DNA from: Pirellula sp.
GTDB taxonomy: Bacteria > Planctomycetota > Planctomycetia > Pirellulales > Pirellulaceae
DNA: 64,000 nucleotides
NCBI GenBank assembly: GCA_046344995.1
Contig: JBKDKR010000092.1
Coordinates: 27,396-91,395, forward strand
Direction: 5' to 3'
Below the pieces are notes generated by a model that saw only the letters and a program-made list of their open reading frames with translations, was not told the DNA's origin and ran no database searches. Position 1 is the stretch's first letter. Every line of letters begins with the position of its first letter. A program made the translations under genes and the position numbers. Positions 28,434-38,850 of this stretch are shown here, piece by piece.

Positions 28434-28952
28434 TCACTCTTCGGAAAAACTACGAGGAACCCTGGCCTTTGGATCAGGCCAAAATGCTACTTTTTCGTTA
28501 CCCCAGTCCTTTTCGACTGTCGAGAAAACGTCAGAAAGACTGCAAAAGGGTACAATCTCTCGCTTTCCGACCAAGAGATCTTGGTTAGGAGAAAGGTACA
28601 TCCAACACGATATTGTTGAATCTGGGTCTTCCGCAGAAATACAGTTTTCCGGAAAGACACAATGCGCGTCCACGACATCTCGGACATATTCGTTGTTGGA
28701 CGCCCCGGGCTCGTACCCTTCTATTTGGTCGAGAACTCGCTTGGTTTCGGCTAAGTCCAAATGCTGGAACTGCCAAATCTCGCCAAGCAACCACACATCT
28801 CCGTTTAGTGCAGCCGGATAGGGCCCTAAATCAAAAAGTCTTGCTCGAACAACTCCAGGCACTACGCTCGCTGGCTGTCTGGGCCACATGCCTCCTCGAA
28901 GCTGCTTCTTTTTGAGCGTTCCATAGACAAAAAACGCATTGGGTTCGGTCAT
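28434..28952 (-). CDS. Gamma-glutamylcyclotransferase (AIG2-like) family protein
   Basis: FVYGTLK, LGPYPA, LDQIEG. Confidence 0.85.
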   Translation of the reverse strand: MTEPNAFFVYGTLKKKQLRGGMWPRQPASVVPGVVRARLFDLGPYPAALNGDVWLLGEIWQFQHLDLAETKRVLDQIEGYEPGASNNEYVRDVVDAHCVFPENCISAEDPDSTISCWMYLSPNQDLLVGKREIVPFCSLSDVFSTVEKDWGNEKVAFWPDPKARVPRSFSEE

Positions 28953-28964
28953 TCTCTCTTGGCT

Positions 28965-31658
28965 CTACTCCTTGTAGGTGACGGTCCAGCTACTTACCTC
29001 CCCGTCCATCGCTACAACAATGCGAACACCGTCATCCAATGCGTTGATGGAACCACCAAATATACGACGGCCAAACGACATTTGATCAGGTGCTTTGCCA
29101 CCGATGGTCTGAAGATGCAAAACTCGATTAGGGGCTGTAAGTAAAAAATAGAAAGCTCCGGTCTTACTTGAGATGGAGGAAAGCAGTCGGCATTGCTCGG
29201 GACGTGTTGCCAAAGACTGAGTGGATAAGCTCTTAAACGACTCATCCAATACCACTGCGGCTGACTCACCGCTCGGTATTCTCGCGAGGCCTACCAATCG
29301 GGGGCCAACTGGAGAGGAGCCCCACAACCAAGGTCCCACTTCTGGCTTAAACAATAGCGATTGTGGCTTTGCTAGGTCGCTCGCTGGCACTTTTGATTCG
29401 ATGTATTCGATTGATCCGTCGGCACGAACTAAAGCCCAAGCATCCGGAGAACTCTTACTGTTTAGCTTCGGAACAATACTGTTGATAGCAGCTTTCTGTT
29501 TTGAATTATCGACAGGCACTTCACTCGCCTGAGTCGTTGGATTTATCGCGATAACTCTCGACGAACTCGTCATCAAGCAAAATGCAGGTTGGCTATCAGC
29601 CAAAACCCATGACGCATTGACAATGGTCTCATCGGCAGACAATGGAAACTCGTCAACCTTGAGTGGTTTCCAATTTGGAGGAACCGTTCTAGGAGCGACA
29701 GCAAACCAAAAGCGGGATAGCCCTTCCGGAACGATGTAGATAATTTCGTGCTTCCACGGGTCGGGATAGATCCAGAATCGCTTCGCATTTTCTGTACTCT
29801 CAACAGGAAGTGTTGCCACGATGGTTCGATTTCCTCTTTGATCAATCGACCAAAGATTGCCCACATCGTCCAACACGGTCATCACGCGAGTCGATGGATA
29901 TCCCACGCCGTAAATCTCTGCTGGATCCACGACGGGCTTATCCAATCCCGCTGAAAACATCTCGCCGACAGCCGCGACGATTCCATCCTCAAACGAGATT
30001 TTCCAGTCCTGTTTCATTTCGTGAAAGAAGAACGGAAAGCTAGCGATCTCCTGATAATCCGCTGGCAATTTTTTCAACTCATCTCTTGCAAGAGCAAATC
30101 GATGTAACAGTGCACTGTAACGCGCTTCGTTGTCGACCGCATTTTTGATCGCTTGCGTGGCTAAATCACCACCCTTTGCAAGACTAGGAACATCGGACAC
30201 CATACCCAATGGCAATCGCTGTTGACTAAAGTGCTGAATTCTATTGTCCGTTCCAACCACAACGGTCGCGGGAGTTTCTTCGACGCCCCAGCTTTTCATT
30301 AACAAGCCGTCCGTGTCGATTGCAAGCGGCAGCGTACAATTCCACGAGGCCATGACCGCAGCCATCCGATCCGCAGGCCGATTCGAAACCAATATGGTTT
30401 CATACTCATCACCAACCCCACGATCCTTGAGCTGTCGACGAACTACATAAAGCTCATCTATGTAGCTTCGACTGGCTTCCGTATCGTCGACGAAATGAAA
30501 CGAAGTGACCGTCGATTTGCGCTCAGCAAAATCAAAGAATATCTTGCCATCAACATCCTTTAACGAAAACGGTTCAACCCTGCTTCCAAGCTGCCGGGGA
30601 ACATCTCTAGCAGGCGTTGCAATAAATCGCCTCAATTGCAAATCGGTTTCGCGAGGCTTAATCGCCCACGGAGCCCAGTCAATTCGTTCGTTCGTCTTCA
30701 CCCCTAGATAATCGATTTGACAAACAACATCGGAAGCCGCAATCGTCGATGGGATCGGCGGCAAAACACCTCGCAATACAGCATGAGGGAACTCTTGTCT
30801 CAGTAGAAGACGATTAGGTTCATCGATCCAATAAACCCAGCTGACCTCTTGCAAGTTCACTTGAATTCTCTCACACTTAACGCCATCAATTTCGGCAGGG
30901 CTCAACCATCGAGTGGTCACTTCGTTTAAAAATGCTTTGCTTCCACTCTCATCCAAAAGAAACCCAATGTTGAGTGGCAAGCCGAACATGGGATTGATCA
31001 ATTGCTGCTCGAGATGGTCTCTTAAGAGCCAATCGCTGGTCACATTTTCTGGAAGAGGCCGGACCAATCTTTGATTGGGATGTAGGGTCGATTTCCCATC
31101 TTCGTAAACAGACTCGAATGTTTCTGGAGTCCACGACGATTTAAGTAACTCAACCTCTAGTGCTAACTTGTTCGGCTTTTCCCAAGCGACCCGACAAGGA
31201 ATCAACTCGTTAACTGGATTTGTAGGATAAGGCACTTTCAGTTTGAATACTGCTGCATCTTCATACGACTTAAGATCTCGATAATGCTCGATGCAGGATA
31301 CGATCAATTGCTTGGCCTTTTTCTGTAGATCCTCTGAATCCGCGACTACGGAAACCACTTCACTTGGTGCACTTGGAGAAATTTCGCCTTTGCCTTCGGT
31401 AGGGATCTTGTTCGCTTCGCCGCTGGTTTCTTTAGTCACATCCTTTTGAGTTTTCGAACCATCCGGATTCGAGGTCCCATCAGTTCCCGACGCAGGCTTT
31501 TCCCCATTCGCGTTAGGATTTGCAGGTGCCGAGACTTGCTTTTCTTTGCTTCCCCAATCGCAACCAATAACGCCAGTCGCAAGAAATAAGACGGCAAACG
31601 AAACAATCCATTGACGAAACGCATTTGGATTCCATGTATCGTTGGTGAGGATGATCAT
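28965..31658 (-). CDS. Lipoprotein with LolA-like, CxxC-less redoxin-like and C-terminal beta-rich domains
   Basis: Lipobox VIGC; DGVKCERI...WIDE; FSLKDVDG...WGVEETPATVVV; start set at Met45 of the ORF to avoid overlap with the kinase gene. Confidence 0.7.
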   Translation of the reverse strand: MIILTNDTWNPNAFRQWIVSFAVLFLATGVIGCDWGSKEKQVSAPANPNANGEKPASGTDGTSNPDGSKTQKDVTKETSGEANKIPTEGKGEISPSAPSEVVSVVADSEDLQKKAKQLIVSCIEHYRDLKSYEDAAVFKLKVPYPTNPVNELIPCRVAWEKPNKLALEVELLKSSWTPETFESVYEDGKSTLHPNQRLVRPLPENVTSDWLLRDHLEQQLINPMFGLPLNIGFLLDESGSKAFLNEVTTRWLSPAEIDGVKCERIQVNLQEVSWVYWIDEPNRLLLRQEFPHAVLRGVLPPIPSTIAASDVVCQIDYLGVKTNERIDWAPWAIKPRETDLQLRRFIATPARDVPRQLGSRVEPFSLKDVDGKIFFDFAERKSTVTSFHFVDDTEASRSYIDELYVVRRQLKDRGVGDEYETILVSNRPADRMAAVMASWNCTLPLAIDTDGLLMKSWGVEETPATVVVGTDNRIQHFSQQRLPLGMVSDVPSLAKGGDLATQAIKNAVDNEARYSALLHRFALARDELKKLPADYQEIASFPFFFHEMKQDWKISFEDGIVAAVGEMFSAGLDKPVVDPAEIYGVGYPSTRVMTVLDDVGNLWSIDQRGNRTIVATLPVESTENAKRFWIYPDPWKHEIIYIVPEGLSRFWFAVAPRTVPPNWKPLKVDEFPLSADETIVNASWVLADSQPAFCLMTSSSRVIAINPTTQASEVPVDNSKQKAAINSIVPKLNSKSSPDAWALVRADGSIEYIESKVPASDLAKPQSLLFKPEVGPWLWGSSPVGPRLVGLARIPSGESAAVVLDESFKSLSTQSLATRPEQCRLLSSISSKTGAFYFLLTAPNRVLHLQTIGGKAPDQMSFGRRIFGGSINALDDGVRIVVAMDGEVSSWTVTYKE

Positions 31659-31680
31659 CTGGTAGGTCTTGGATTTAGTT

Positions 31681-33294
31681 CTAAAGTTCTTTGGTTTTGG
31701 ATAGCCGAGATTGCGCACGTTCAACTTGTGGCGCCATTTCTCGATTGTTGGTATACAGACTGATGATTCCATCCCAAATTTGTTTTGCACCCAGCAAATC
31801 TCCGTCGTTGTACTTCTTGTCAGCTTCTTCTAGCTTAGTCTGCAAAAATTCACGTAGCTCGTTTGCATCGGGAGGGCTATCTTCAATTTTTTGGATTTGG
31901 CGTCTCGCGAGGTTAACAAACGGCTTCTCTTCTTCGACGTCCTTTAAAAGGTTGACGATAGCTCGGTATTTGTCGAGAGCGGTGACACGGTCCCCGAATT
32001 GTTCGAATTGATTTGCCTCGACATATTTTCGTTCCCCTTCGCTATTCGGTTCGCGACCAAAGCGGCGATTGGTCTGAATACGCTGTTCCGCATTGACCAT
32101 TTCGATTTCTTCGAGTTGATCCCTAGCCCATTCCGCAGTAACAGAATCTGGAAATCGTTCAATAATCGGGATCAAGTATCGATCTCGAGCTTCATTCAAA
32201 GAACCCACGTCCCCTTGATCTAAAAACCACTTGGCTCGCGTTTCCAGAGTCGATAAACCGGGCGGCTGCATCAGATACACGATCAACCCGACGATACCGA
32301 CCAAGATGGCACCTAAAACGATCGGTCGTTCCAGCATGCCTGGCTGGTCATCGATCTCATTTGATTCCGCACGTTTCTTTCGTTTCTGCTTCTTTTTACC
32401 GAGCACTACTTTTTCGGCTTCGTCTTTATCAACATTGAGTTGCAAAGGGCTAAATCCGGAGAGTGCGTGCTGCATGACACCGACTCCCGACTCGGCCCGC
32501 TTTTGTGCTTCCCGCAAGGCCATGGCTGTTGCCGTAGCTGAAAACGGACGCTTGAGCGGATCTGGCTGCATAAGCTGCTCCACGATCGCGCTGAGCCAAA
32601 CAGGGCAATCGTAAACCAACGTTGCGACAGGAGGCGGAGGACTGGCCAAAACCGCTTGCCGAACTGCCCCCGCATTTTCTCCTTGATAAGGGCGCTTTCC
32701 GGTCAGCGCATAATATAGTGTTGCACCTAAGCCATACAGGTCGGATGCAATCTCGATAGCTTTCTTGCCTTCTATCTGCTCCGGTGATTGGTAGATCAGT
32801 TCGTCCGGTCGAGGTGGTCGCTGCTGTATGGGCCCACTCCAAATCTCATTGAGTTTGACGACTTCTCCGCCCAAGGTCAGCAGCAATTTATCAGGTCGAA
32901 TCCGTCCATGTATCCAACCCGACGAATGGGCATATTGCAATGCATCACAAAGCTGCAATCCATAATCCAATGCAACTTCCCATGTTAGGCGTTCACGCCG
33001 GGACAAATGTACATCTAATGATTCGCCCTCGATTAATTCATAAACGAGATAAGCATCTTTGGCATCAAAGCCACCTCCGTAACAGCGGACAATACCCGGG
33101 TGTTTTAACTGCTTGATGCGCTCAAGCGATTGAGCGAAATCTTGTTTGCGTTCCGGGGTCATGCCCATGGGCATAGAAAAAACTCGAACCGCAACCTGCG
33201 ATCGCTGCTGAACGTGAATGGCTCGATAAACACTGGAACCCTGCGGGCCCAAAGGGGCTTCTAATGCGAGCGGACCAATGCGAGAACGAGCCAC
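31681..33294 (-). CDS. Membrane-anchored Ser/Thr kinase-like protein (probable pseudokinase)
   Basis: Kinase C-lobe YQSPEQ and SDLYGLG intact; VAVR, HGRIRPDK and LNE replace VAxK, HRD and DFG; one TM. Confidence 0.85.
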   Translation of the reverse strand: MARSRIGPLALEAPLGPQGSSVYRAIHVQQRSQVAVRVFSMPMGMTPERKQDFAQSLERIKQLKHPGIVRCYGGGFDAKDAYLVYELIEGESLDVHLSRRERLTWEVALDYGLQLCDALQYAHSSGWIHGRIRPDKLLLTLGGEVVKLNEIWSGPIQQRPPRPDELIYQSPEQIEGKKAIEIASDLYGLGATLYYALTGKRPYQGENAGAVRQAVLASPPPPVATLVYDCPVWLSAIVEQLMQPDPLKRPFSATATAMALREAQKRAESGVGVMQHALSGFSPLQLNVDKDEAEKVVLGKKKQKRKKRAESNEIDDQPGMLERPIVLGAILVGIVGLIVYLMQPPGLSTLETRAKWFLDQGDVGSLNEARDRYLIPIIERFPDSVTAEWARDQLEEIEMVNAEQRIQTNRRFGREPNSEGERKYVEANQFEQFGDRVTALDKYRAIVNLLKDVEEEKPFVNLARRQIQKIEDSPPDANELREFLQTKLEEADKKYNDGDLLGAKQIWDGIISLYTNNREMAPQVERAQSRLSKTKEL

Positions 33295-33297
33295 GGT

Positions 33298-34248
33298 CTA
33301 GGCTCCCCCGGTTTCTTGACCCGCGAATCTCAATCCGTTGATTACACAGTCCTTGACCGCGTCAGCATCGACCGATGTAACGATTTCAACCCCGCGTTGA
33401 TGCGCGGCGAAAGCACGCCGATCCACGATGGTCGCACCGCGCGTTAGCTCACCCAGCTCTTCGACCTCGAGACCTCGCTCTTCAGATTGGAATAGCATCG
33501 GCTCGACCAAGTAGGCGATGCCAATCGCAGCTTGTAACGCGATGGTCTCCTGCGCTCGATGTTGGCGGTAGCTTCGGAACAAATGAGATAGCATCGGATG
33601 CAACACTTCACCCGCTCGGGAATGTTTTGGCGGAATCTGATTGAGTAAGTTCAAGTCAAAGGTAACTTGATTGGTTGTCTCGAGAGGGATCAGAGTTTTC
33701 GTCGTGTGTGATCGAAAAACTGATGATGCACTCGAGGGATCAAAGTGCATATTAAATTCTGCAGCTGCTGTGACATCTCCGATACAATCAACTGAGCCGC
33801 CTACCACGACCACTTTGTCGACGAGTTCCATGATCGACGGATCTCTCTGAAATGCTCGCGCAACTCCCGTCAATGGACCCAAACATAAAATAGTAACGTC
33901 ATCCGGATCCGATTTGATCGTCTCGACTATCAGCTTTTCGCTGCTGACTTGATGTTGCCGCTGCATGGGGGAGAATCCCAAATTCCCAATACCGTCGATT
34001 CCATGTAGAAATCGATTATCCGAAACGGGCGCATCCTCTGGATCAGTTCCTGCGCCGACACGAGGGATCCTCGGAGGATCCAATCGTTCCAAAAGACCCA
34101 GCACGTTTTGAGTGCAGCGATCACTCTCGACCGTTCCCGAACAGGTCGTTATGGCAACGACATCCAATCGTGGGTCAAAGAGCGCGAGGATCAAGGCAAC
34201 GGCGTCGTCAATGCCTGGATCGCAATCGATGATAACTTTTCGTGCCAT
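33298..34248 (-). CDS. Nucleoside hydrolase (IU-NH) family protein
   Basis: DCDPGIDD, HGIDG, AAEFN. Confidence 0.88.
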   Translation of the reverse strand: MARKVIIDCDPGIDDAVALILALFDPRLDVVAITTCSGTVESDRCTQNVLGLLERLDPPRIPRVGAGTDPEDAPVSDNRFLHGIDGIGNLGFSPMQRQHQVSSEKLIVETIKSDPDDVTILCLGPLTGVARAFQRDPSIMELVDKVVVVGGSVDCIGDVTAAAEFNMHFDPSSASSVFRSHTTKTLIPLETTNQVTFDLNLLNQIPPKHSRAGEVLHPMLSHLFRSYRQHRAQETIALQAAIGIAYLVEPMLFQSEERGLEVEELGELTRGATIVDRRAFAAHQRGVEIVTSVDADAVKDCVINGLRFAGQETGGA

Positions 34249-34489
34249 GTTTTTGCCGTCTGAATTTTCTGTTTTTGAACCGCTGTGATCTGGAGCGTAG
34301 ATTACGCAACTCCAATGTTTTACGACACTTAGCTTTGATTTACCAGTCTATACGGCTTCACCATGGCCGCTTTCCCCTAGTAGTGGCGATTCTTTTCTCA
34401 AGATTGTGTAAAACGCCGAGTCGAATCCAGGGCAATAGTCAATCAGATCCCATAGATCGCGCTGGCTAGGGACGGCTTTTGTAAAGCTT

Positions 34490-35161
34490 TTACGCGGCGC
34501 GGTAGACGATGGCGTTACCGCGTTTGTCGCAGACCTTGGTAGCACCGCATGATTTGAGAACATACGCGATCTGCTGAGCAAACCACCGTGGTTCTCCGAT
34601 CGCTTCCGCAAGCTGTTGTGTATCGAAGCGTTTCGGTAGCTTGGGACGGTCTAACAAATCCCAAAGATCGTTTAGTGTCGCCAATATAATAGCTTCTGAC
34701 GGATCTGGAACTCTAACTAAATCAACGTCCAGAGTCTTGTACTGCTTTCGACGACCTCGGCGTGGAGTATCTACTCGTATCTCGACACTATCCACAAACA
34801 GCAGCTCGAGCGTAAGCTGAGGATGAGGGTAGACCTGCGTAAAGTGAATCAACTCACGGAATATATCGATCGGACGAATCTTCTTGGGGCTTTTTCGTTG
34901 CCTGAGAATGGATTGCGTCTCTGGGTCTATCGTCGCGACCAACTTCGACTGCAAACATGGCTTTACGATGCGAACGTAGTAATCGTCATCCAGAAGCTGG
35001 CGGATCTTTTTCCGGATCGCTCCCAAGCCCGAATGCTGAATCTCAACGATAACTCCATCGTGATCGATAGCGTCAATACGGTACTTTGACTCCACAACCT
35101 CGATGCATTCAGGACTCGCAGCGTAGAGTTCCTTGAGCTTTCGATGAAGTGAAGTTTCCAT
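34490..35161 (-). CDS. Conserved hypothetical protein, PD-(D/E)xK nuclease-like
   Basis: METSLHRKLK...RIDA...VEIQ; start taken at ATG 35161. Confidence 0.65.
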   Translation of the reverse strand: METSLHRKLKELYAASPECIEVVESKYRIDAIDHDGVIVEIQHSGLGAIRKKIRQLLDDDYYVRIVKPCLQSKLVATIDPETQSILRQRKSPKKIRPIDIFRELIHFTQVYPHPQLTLELLFVDSVEIRVDTPRRGRRKQYKTLDVDLVRVPDPSEAIILATLNDLWDLLDRPKLPKRFDTQQLAEAIGEPRWFAQQIAYVLKSCGATKVCDKRGNAIVYRAA

Positions 35162-35520
35162 GGCCGCTAAGCTATACCGTTGCGATATCGTCAAAAACTC
35201 TAGGGGGAAGCAGCCTGCGGCTGGTTTCCCTGTTCGATGTAGAAATTGCCCGACATACTGTAAATCGGCCGAATATCTTGTCGGGAATCGTAGCAAAACG
35301 ATTATGTTCGCAACCAGAGCAGCTAGAACGGTTTCAGCAAAGGGCCGCGATCCGTACGGCACGACCGCCACGCCAGGCATTGCCGGCTTGGTATCCTCAT
35401 CTGCGGCGATTTGGCCCTGCGAAAATTAGTGTTTCGTGCCACAATCTTGCGGTTCTTCGACTCGGTTCGCAGTTTAAGCACCCGTCCGATGTCCCTTTCC
35501 CAATCTTTCAAGATCCTGCT

Positions 35521-36747
35521 ATGTGTTTTGCTCAGGAAAAGTCCTCGTTCTCGAACTTAGGCAGCATTGCTTTGCTGATTTGTTCCGCAGGGATTTTGGC
35601 TTCCGGATGCTCAAAACCTGCTTTCGAGCCCAACAAATTGGCTGCAGCGAGCTTTCTGGAGTCTCAGGAGCCACAGAAGGTTGACGAGCTGGCGAGATCC
35701 GTAGGGGAACTCGTGGAACAGCTGTTCGGCCCCCCAGACGCTCCAAAATGGCCTGAAGGGGCCCCTGCGGCCGTTGATATGGCCGAAGTAGAACGCTGTG
35801 CGGGTCCGGTAGGGCGAGCCTATGACAAGGTAGAGCGAGGGTTGTATCGCAAGCATTGCGTCCAGTGCCATGGAATCACCGGTGACGGTGCAGGCCCGGC
35901 TGCTTCGCTGTTAGCACCCTACCCAAGGGACTTTCGCCGAGGGACCTTTAAATTCAAATCAACTAGCATCGGCAGCAAACCGCTGCGATCCGACCTAGTA
36001 AAAGTCATCGAACATGGCTTGCCTGGCACGTCGATGCCCGCGTTCGGAGCCCTCCGAAACCGTCCCGAATTCCAAAAAGACATCGAGTCTCTTGCTGAGT
36101 ATGTTGTGTTTCTTGCAGTACGAGGTGAAGTCGAAAGACGACTTTTAAAGCGAGCTGTCGATAGCGAAGACCTACCGAACTTGGAAGACGCCACGCGAGT
36201 CGCGTCAACCGTTGCCGAAACCTGGGTCAATGCTCCTTCCAACGTCGTCGAAATACCGATGATTCCCGAGTTGCCCTCCGCCGAACTCACGGCTTCAATC
36301 GACCGGGGCAAAGCTCTGTTCACGAGCGACAAAGCATCCTGCCTCAAGTGCCATGGTCTCTATGGCCAGGGCGATGGCATCTCGCAGGATTACGACGAAT
36401 GGACCAAGGATTGGACGATTCGCGTCGGCATCGACCCAGCCAAGAAATCGGAATGGAAGGTCATGAAACCATTCGGTGCACTGAAGCCAGTTGTGGATCG
36501 GTCTCGCAACTTTAATCTCGGAGGTCTGCGTGGTGGTTCGACGGAACAAGACATTGTTAAGAGGATTATTCTTGGCGTTGATGGCACACCGATGCCTGCA
36601 GCTACCTTGAGTGAAACAGACCCGAATGCCTTCAGCCTCGAAAACGTTTTTGATTTGGCTAGGTATATCGCGAGCTTGACCGGAGCTACATCGGCACCGG
36701 CATCGGTGAGCCCGACCGCGATAGACTCGACGAAAGGAGCACAATAG
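35521..36747 (+). CDS. Di-heme cytochrome c lipoprotein
   Basis: CVQCH and CLKCH; PRDF...GTSMP and GTPMP; lipobox LASGC. Confidence 0.85.
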   Translation: MCFAQEKSSFSNLGSIALLICSAGILASGCSKPAFEPNKLAAASFLESQEPQKVDELARSVGELVEQLFGPPDAPKWPEGAPAAVDMAEVERCAGPVGRAYDKVERGLYRKHCVQCHGITGDGAGPAASLLAPYPRDFRRGTFKFKSTSIGSKPLRSDLVKVIEHGLPGTSMPAFGALRNRPEFQKDIESLAEYVVFLAVRGEVERRLLKRAVDSEDLPNLEDATRVASTVAETWVNAPSNVVEIPMIPELPSAELTASIDRGKALFTSDKASCLKCHGLYGQGDGISQDYDEWTKDWTIRVGIDPAKKSEWKVMKPFGALKPVVDRSRNFNLGGLRGGSTEQDIVKRIILGVDGTPMPAATLSETDPNAFSLENVFDLARYIASLTGATSAPASVSPTAIDSTKGAQ

Positions 36748-36750
36748 GTC

Positions 36751-37794
36751 ATGGCAACCACCAGTGATTCCGCCTTGTCGAGCGGAGCGAATAAATCACA
36801 ATCCAAAAAAGTATACTTCTGGGCGGCCTTGGTTTCTTGTTTGACATTTCCACTTATTTGGCTTGGCGGTTTAGTTACAACCCATGACGCCGGCATGGCT
36901 GTCCCGGACTGGCCCGGTACGTTCGGCTACAACATGTTCTTGTATCCCTGGACGACTTGGTTGTTCGGCCCATTTGATTTGCTTGTCGAGCATGGACATA
37001 GGCTGTTAGCCAGTCTCGTTGGCTTGATAGCCATCATTCTTTGTTTTGTTGCTCGCAAACATGAGCCGCGGCGGTTTGGTCGAATTGCGTGTTGGCTGTT
37101 GCTGCTCGCGATCATCAGCCAAGGAATTCTAGGTGGAGTACGTGTTTTGCTAGATGCTAGAATTGTTGCTCTGATACACGGTTGCTGCGGTCCCCTGGTT
37201 TTTGCTCTGGCATGTGGCATTGTGATGATCAACTCTAAAGATTGGAGGACTGCCCCGAAGTCGATTCAATCCAACTCACTCCGCTGGACGTTGCGAATAT
37301 TGCTAGTACTAACGATTGTTCAGTTGATTATGGGTGCACATTTGCGACATGCTTTGCCACAGTGGAAGCCGTCCTTGTTTCTATCGTTCGTGCATACCCA
37401 TTTGCTTGTAGCCACTTTGATCACCGGGATCATCTTCGCTGTGTTCTGCACCGTGATATCGCCCAAGTTTCGCGGTGTAACCGGATTAAAAGTGCCAGCA
37501 ACGTGGATGGTAGGCTTGGTGCTGGTCCAAGTTTGCCTGGGAATAGGAACATGGATTAGCAGTTATGCATTACCTTGGCAAGAACTCAACGAATTTTTCG
37601 CCCAATACACGATTGATGGCCGAGGTTTTGTGGAAACAATGATTATTAATGGTCACCAGGCGACCGGTTCGCTGTTGATAGCTGGCTCACTTTGGTTACT
37701 ATGTCGTGTCGAAAGACGATATCAAGCGGTGCCTGCCTTCGAAACGATCCCGGCGCGTCTCGCTGATGCCAACACCAGTTCACTCGCACACTAG
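36751..37794 (+). CDS. ctaA: Heme A synthase (COX15/CtaA)
   Basis: GMAVPDWP, EHGHR, IHG, HTH and GHQ; multiple TMs. Confidence 0.9.
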   Translation: MATTSDSALSSGANKSQSKKVYFWAALVSCLTFPLIWLGGLVTTHDAGMAVPDWPGTFGYNMFLYPWTTWLFGPFDLLVEHGHRLLASLVGLIAIILCFVARKHEPRRFGRIACWLLLLAIISQGILGGVRVLLDARIVALIHGCCGPLVFALACGIVMINSKDWRTAPKSIQSNSLRWTLRILLVLTIVQLIMGAHLRHALPQWKPSLFLSFVHTHLLVATLITGIIFAVFCTVISPKFRGVTGLKVPATWMVGLVLVQVCLGIGTWISSYALPWQELNEFFAQYTIDGRGFVETMIINGHQATGSLLIAGSLWLLCRVERRYQAVPAFETIPARLADANTSSLAH

Positions 37795-37836
37795 TCCCTA
37801 AAACGCAACTCCATTCGCCTTATTTCCTGGTCCTTC

Positions 37837-38811
37837 ATGAGCACAGCCACAACCATCAGCCATGAGGAACAGGGAGCGATTCCACCCACGTCCGGCCCAG
37901 TTAGCAAGCCATCCGTGACTGGGGATTTAGACACGGTTCCGTGGTGGAAAGACTACTTAGCTCTGACCAAACCCAGAATCACGCTGATGATTCTGCTGAC
38001 GGTGGCCGTGGCGCTCTTTGCAGCCCAGCAGATTCTCGATACCACGATCGGTGCGTGGGTTTGGCTACATACGCTCATTGCGACCGCGATGATAGCCAGT
38101 AGCGCCAGCACATTGAACCAATGGTTCGAACGAGAGCGGGATAAGCTCATGCCACGAACCATGCGCAGACCCTTGCCGAGCGGCAGGCTTACAGGATTTG
38201 AGGCAGCCACGTTTGGTTGGCTATTAGTCATTCTCGGGAGCTTGTACATTGGGCTATGCGTTAACTATGCGGCCATGGGATGTGGCTTGGCAACTTGGTT
38301 TGTCTACTGCTGGGTTTACACTCCGCTCAAATCAGTGACGTGGTGGAACACCGCTGTTGGCACACTACCTGGCGCTTTACCGGTGATGATTGGCTGGACG
38401 GCGGCTGGAGGTGGACCGTTTGATAGTGATGGATGGGCCATAACATGGATTGTAATCTTATGGCAGTTTCCACACTTTATGGCCATTGCGTGGCTCTACC
38501 GCGAGCAATACGCCACAGCTGGTTTTCGGATGATCACCAACGATGAGCCGACAGGCGTTGCTGCAGGCTGGCACGCAATCATTGGTGCGGTTGCTTTGAT
38601 ACCGTTGTCGATCATTGTCCTGAGTCCGGTTTCGGTTTTGACCTGGGGAATCGCGTTGCTAGGCGTTCTGGCATGTTGGTCACAAGTGATTGCTTCGTGG
38701 CGATTCCTCAAAGACCGAAATGATAAGACAGCTCGCAAGCTTTTAAGGGCTTCGCTTGTTTACTTGCCTGCCATCATGATGCTAATCGTTTTGCGTTGGG
38801 TTCTTCCTTAG
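37837..38811 (+). CDS. cyoE: Heme O synthase (protoheme IX farnesyltransferase)
   Basis: LTKPRI, ERERDKLMPRTMRRPLPSG, YTPLK, WQFPHFMAIAW. Confidence 0.93.
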   Translation: MSTATTISHEEQGAIPPTSGPVSKPSVTGDLDTVPWWKDYLALTKPRITLMILLTVAVALFAAQQILDTTIGAWVWLHTLIATAMIASSASTLNQWFERERDKLMPRTMRRPLPSGRLTGFEAATFGWLLVILGSLYIGLCVNYAAMGCGLATWFVYCWVYTPLKSVTWWNTAVGTLPGALPVMIGWTAAGGGPFDSDGWAITWIVILWQFPHFMAIAWLYREQYATAGFRMITNDEPTGVAAGWHAIIGAVALIPLSIIVLSPVSVLTWGIALLGVLACWSQVIASWRFLKDRNDKTARKLLRASLVYLPAIMMLIVLRWVLP

Positions 38812-38850
38812 TTTCCCGAACCGCGAACCAGCACGTGTCTGTACGATATT

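Noticed and set aside
31659-31790. N-terminal extension of the 941-aa ORF overlapping the pseudokinase
   Set aside because: The signal peptide and lipobox fit the later ATG at 31658
34490-35520. Overlapping long ORF starts 35380(-) and 35149(+)
   Set aside because: Both are upstream extensions; homology-like sequence begins at 35161 and 35521, leaving a normal divergent gap
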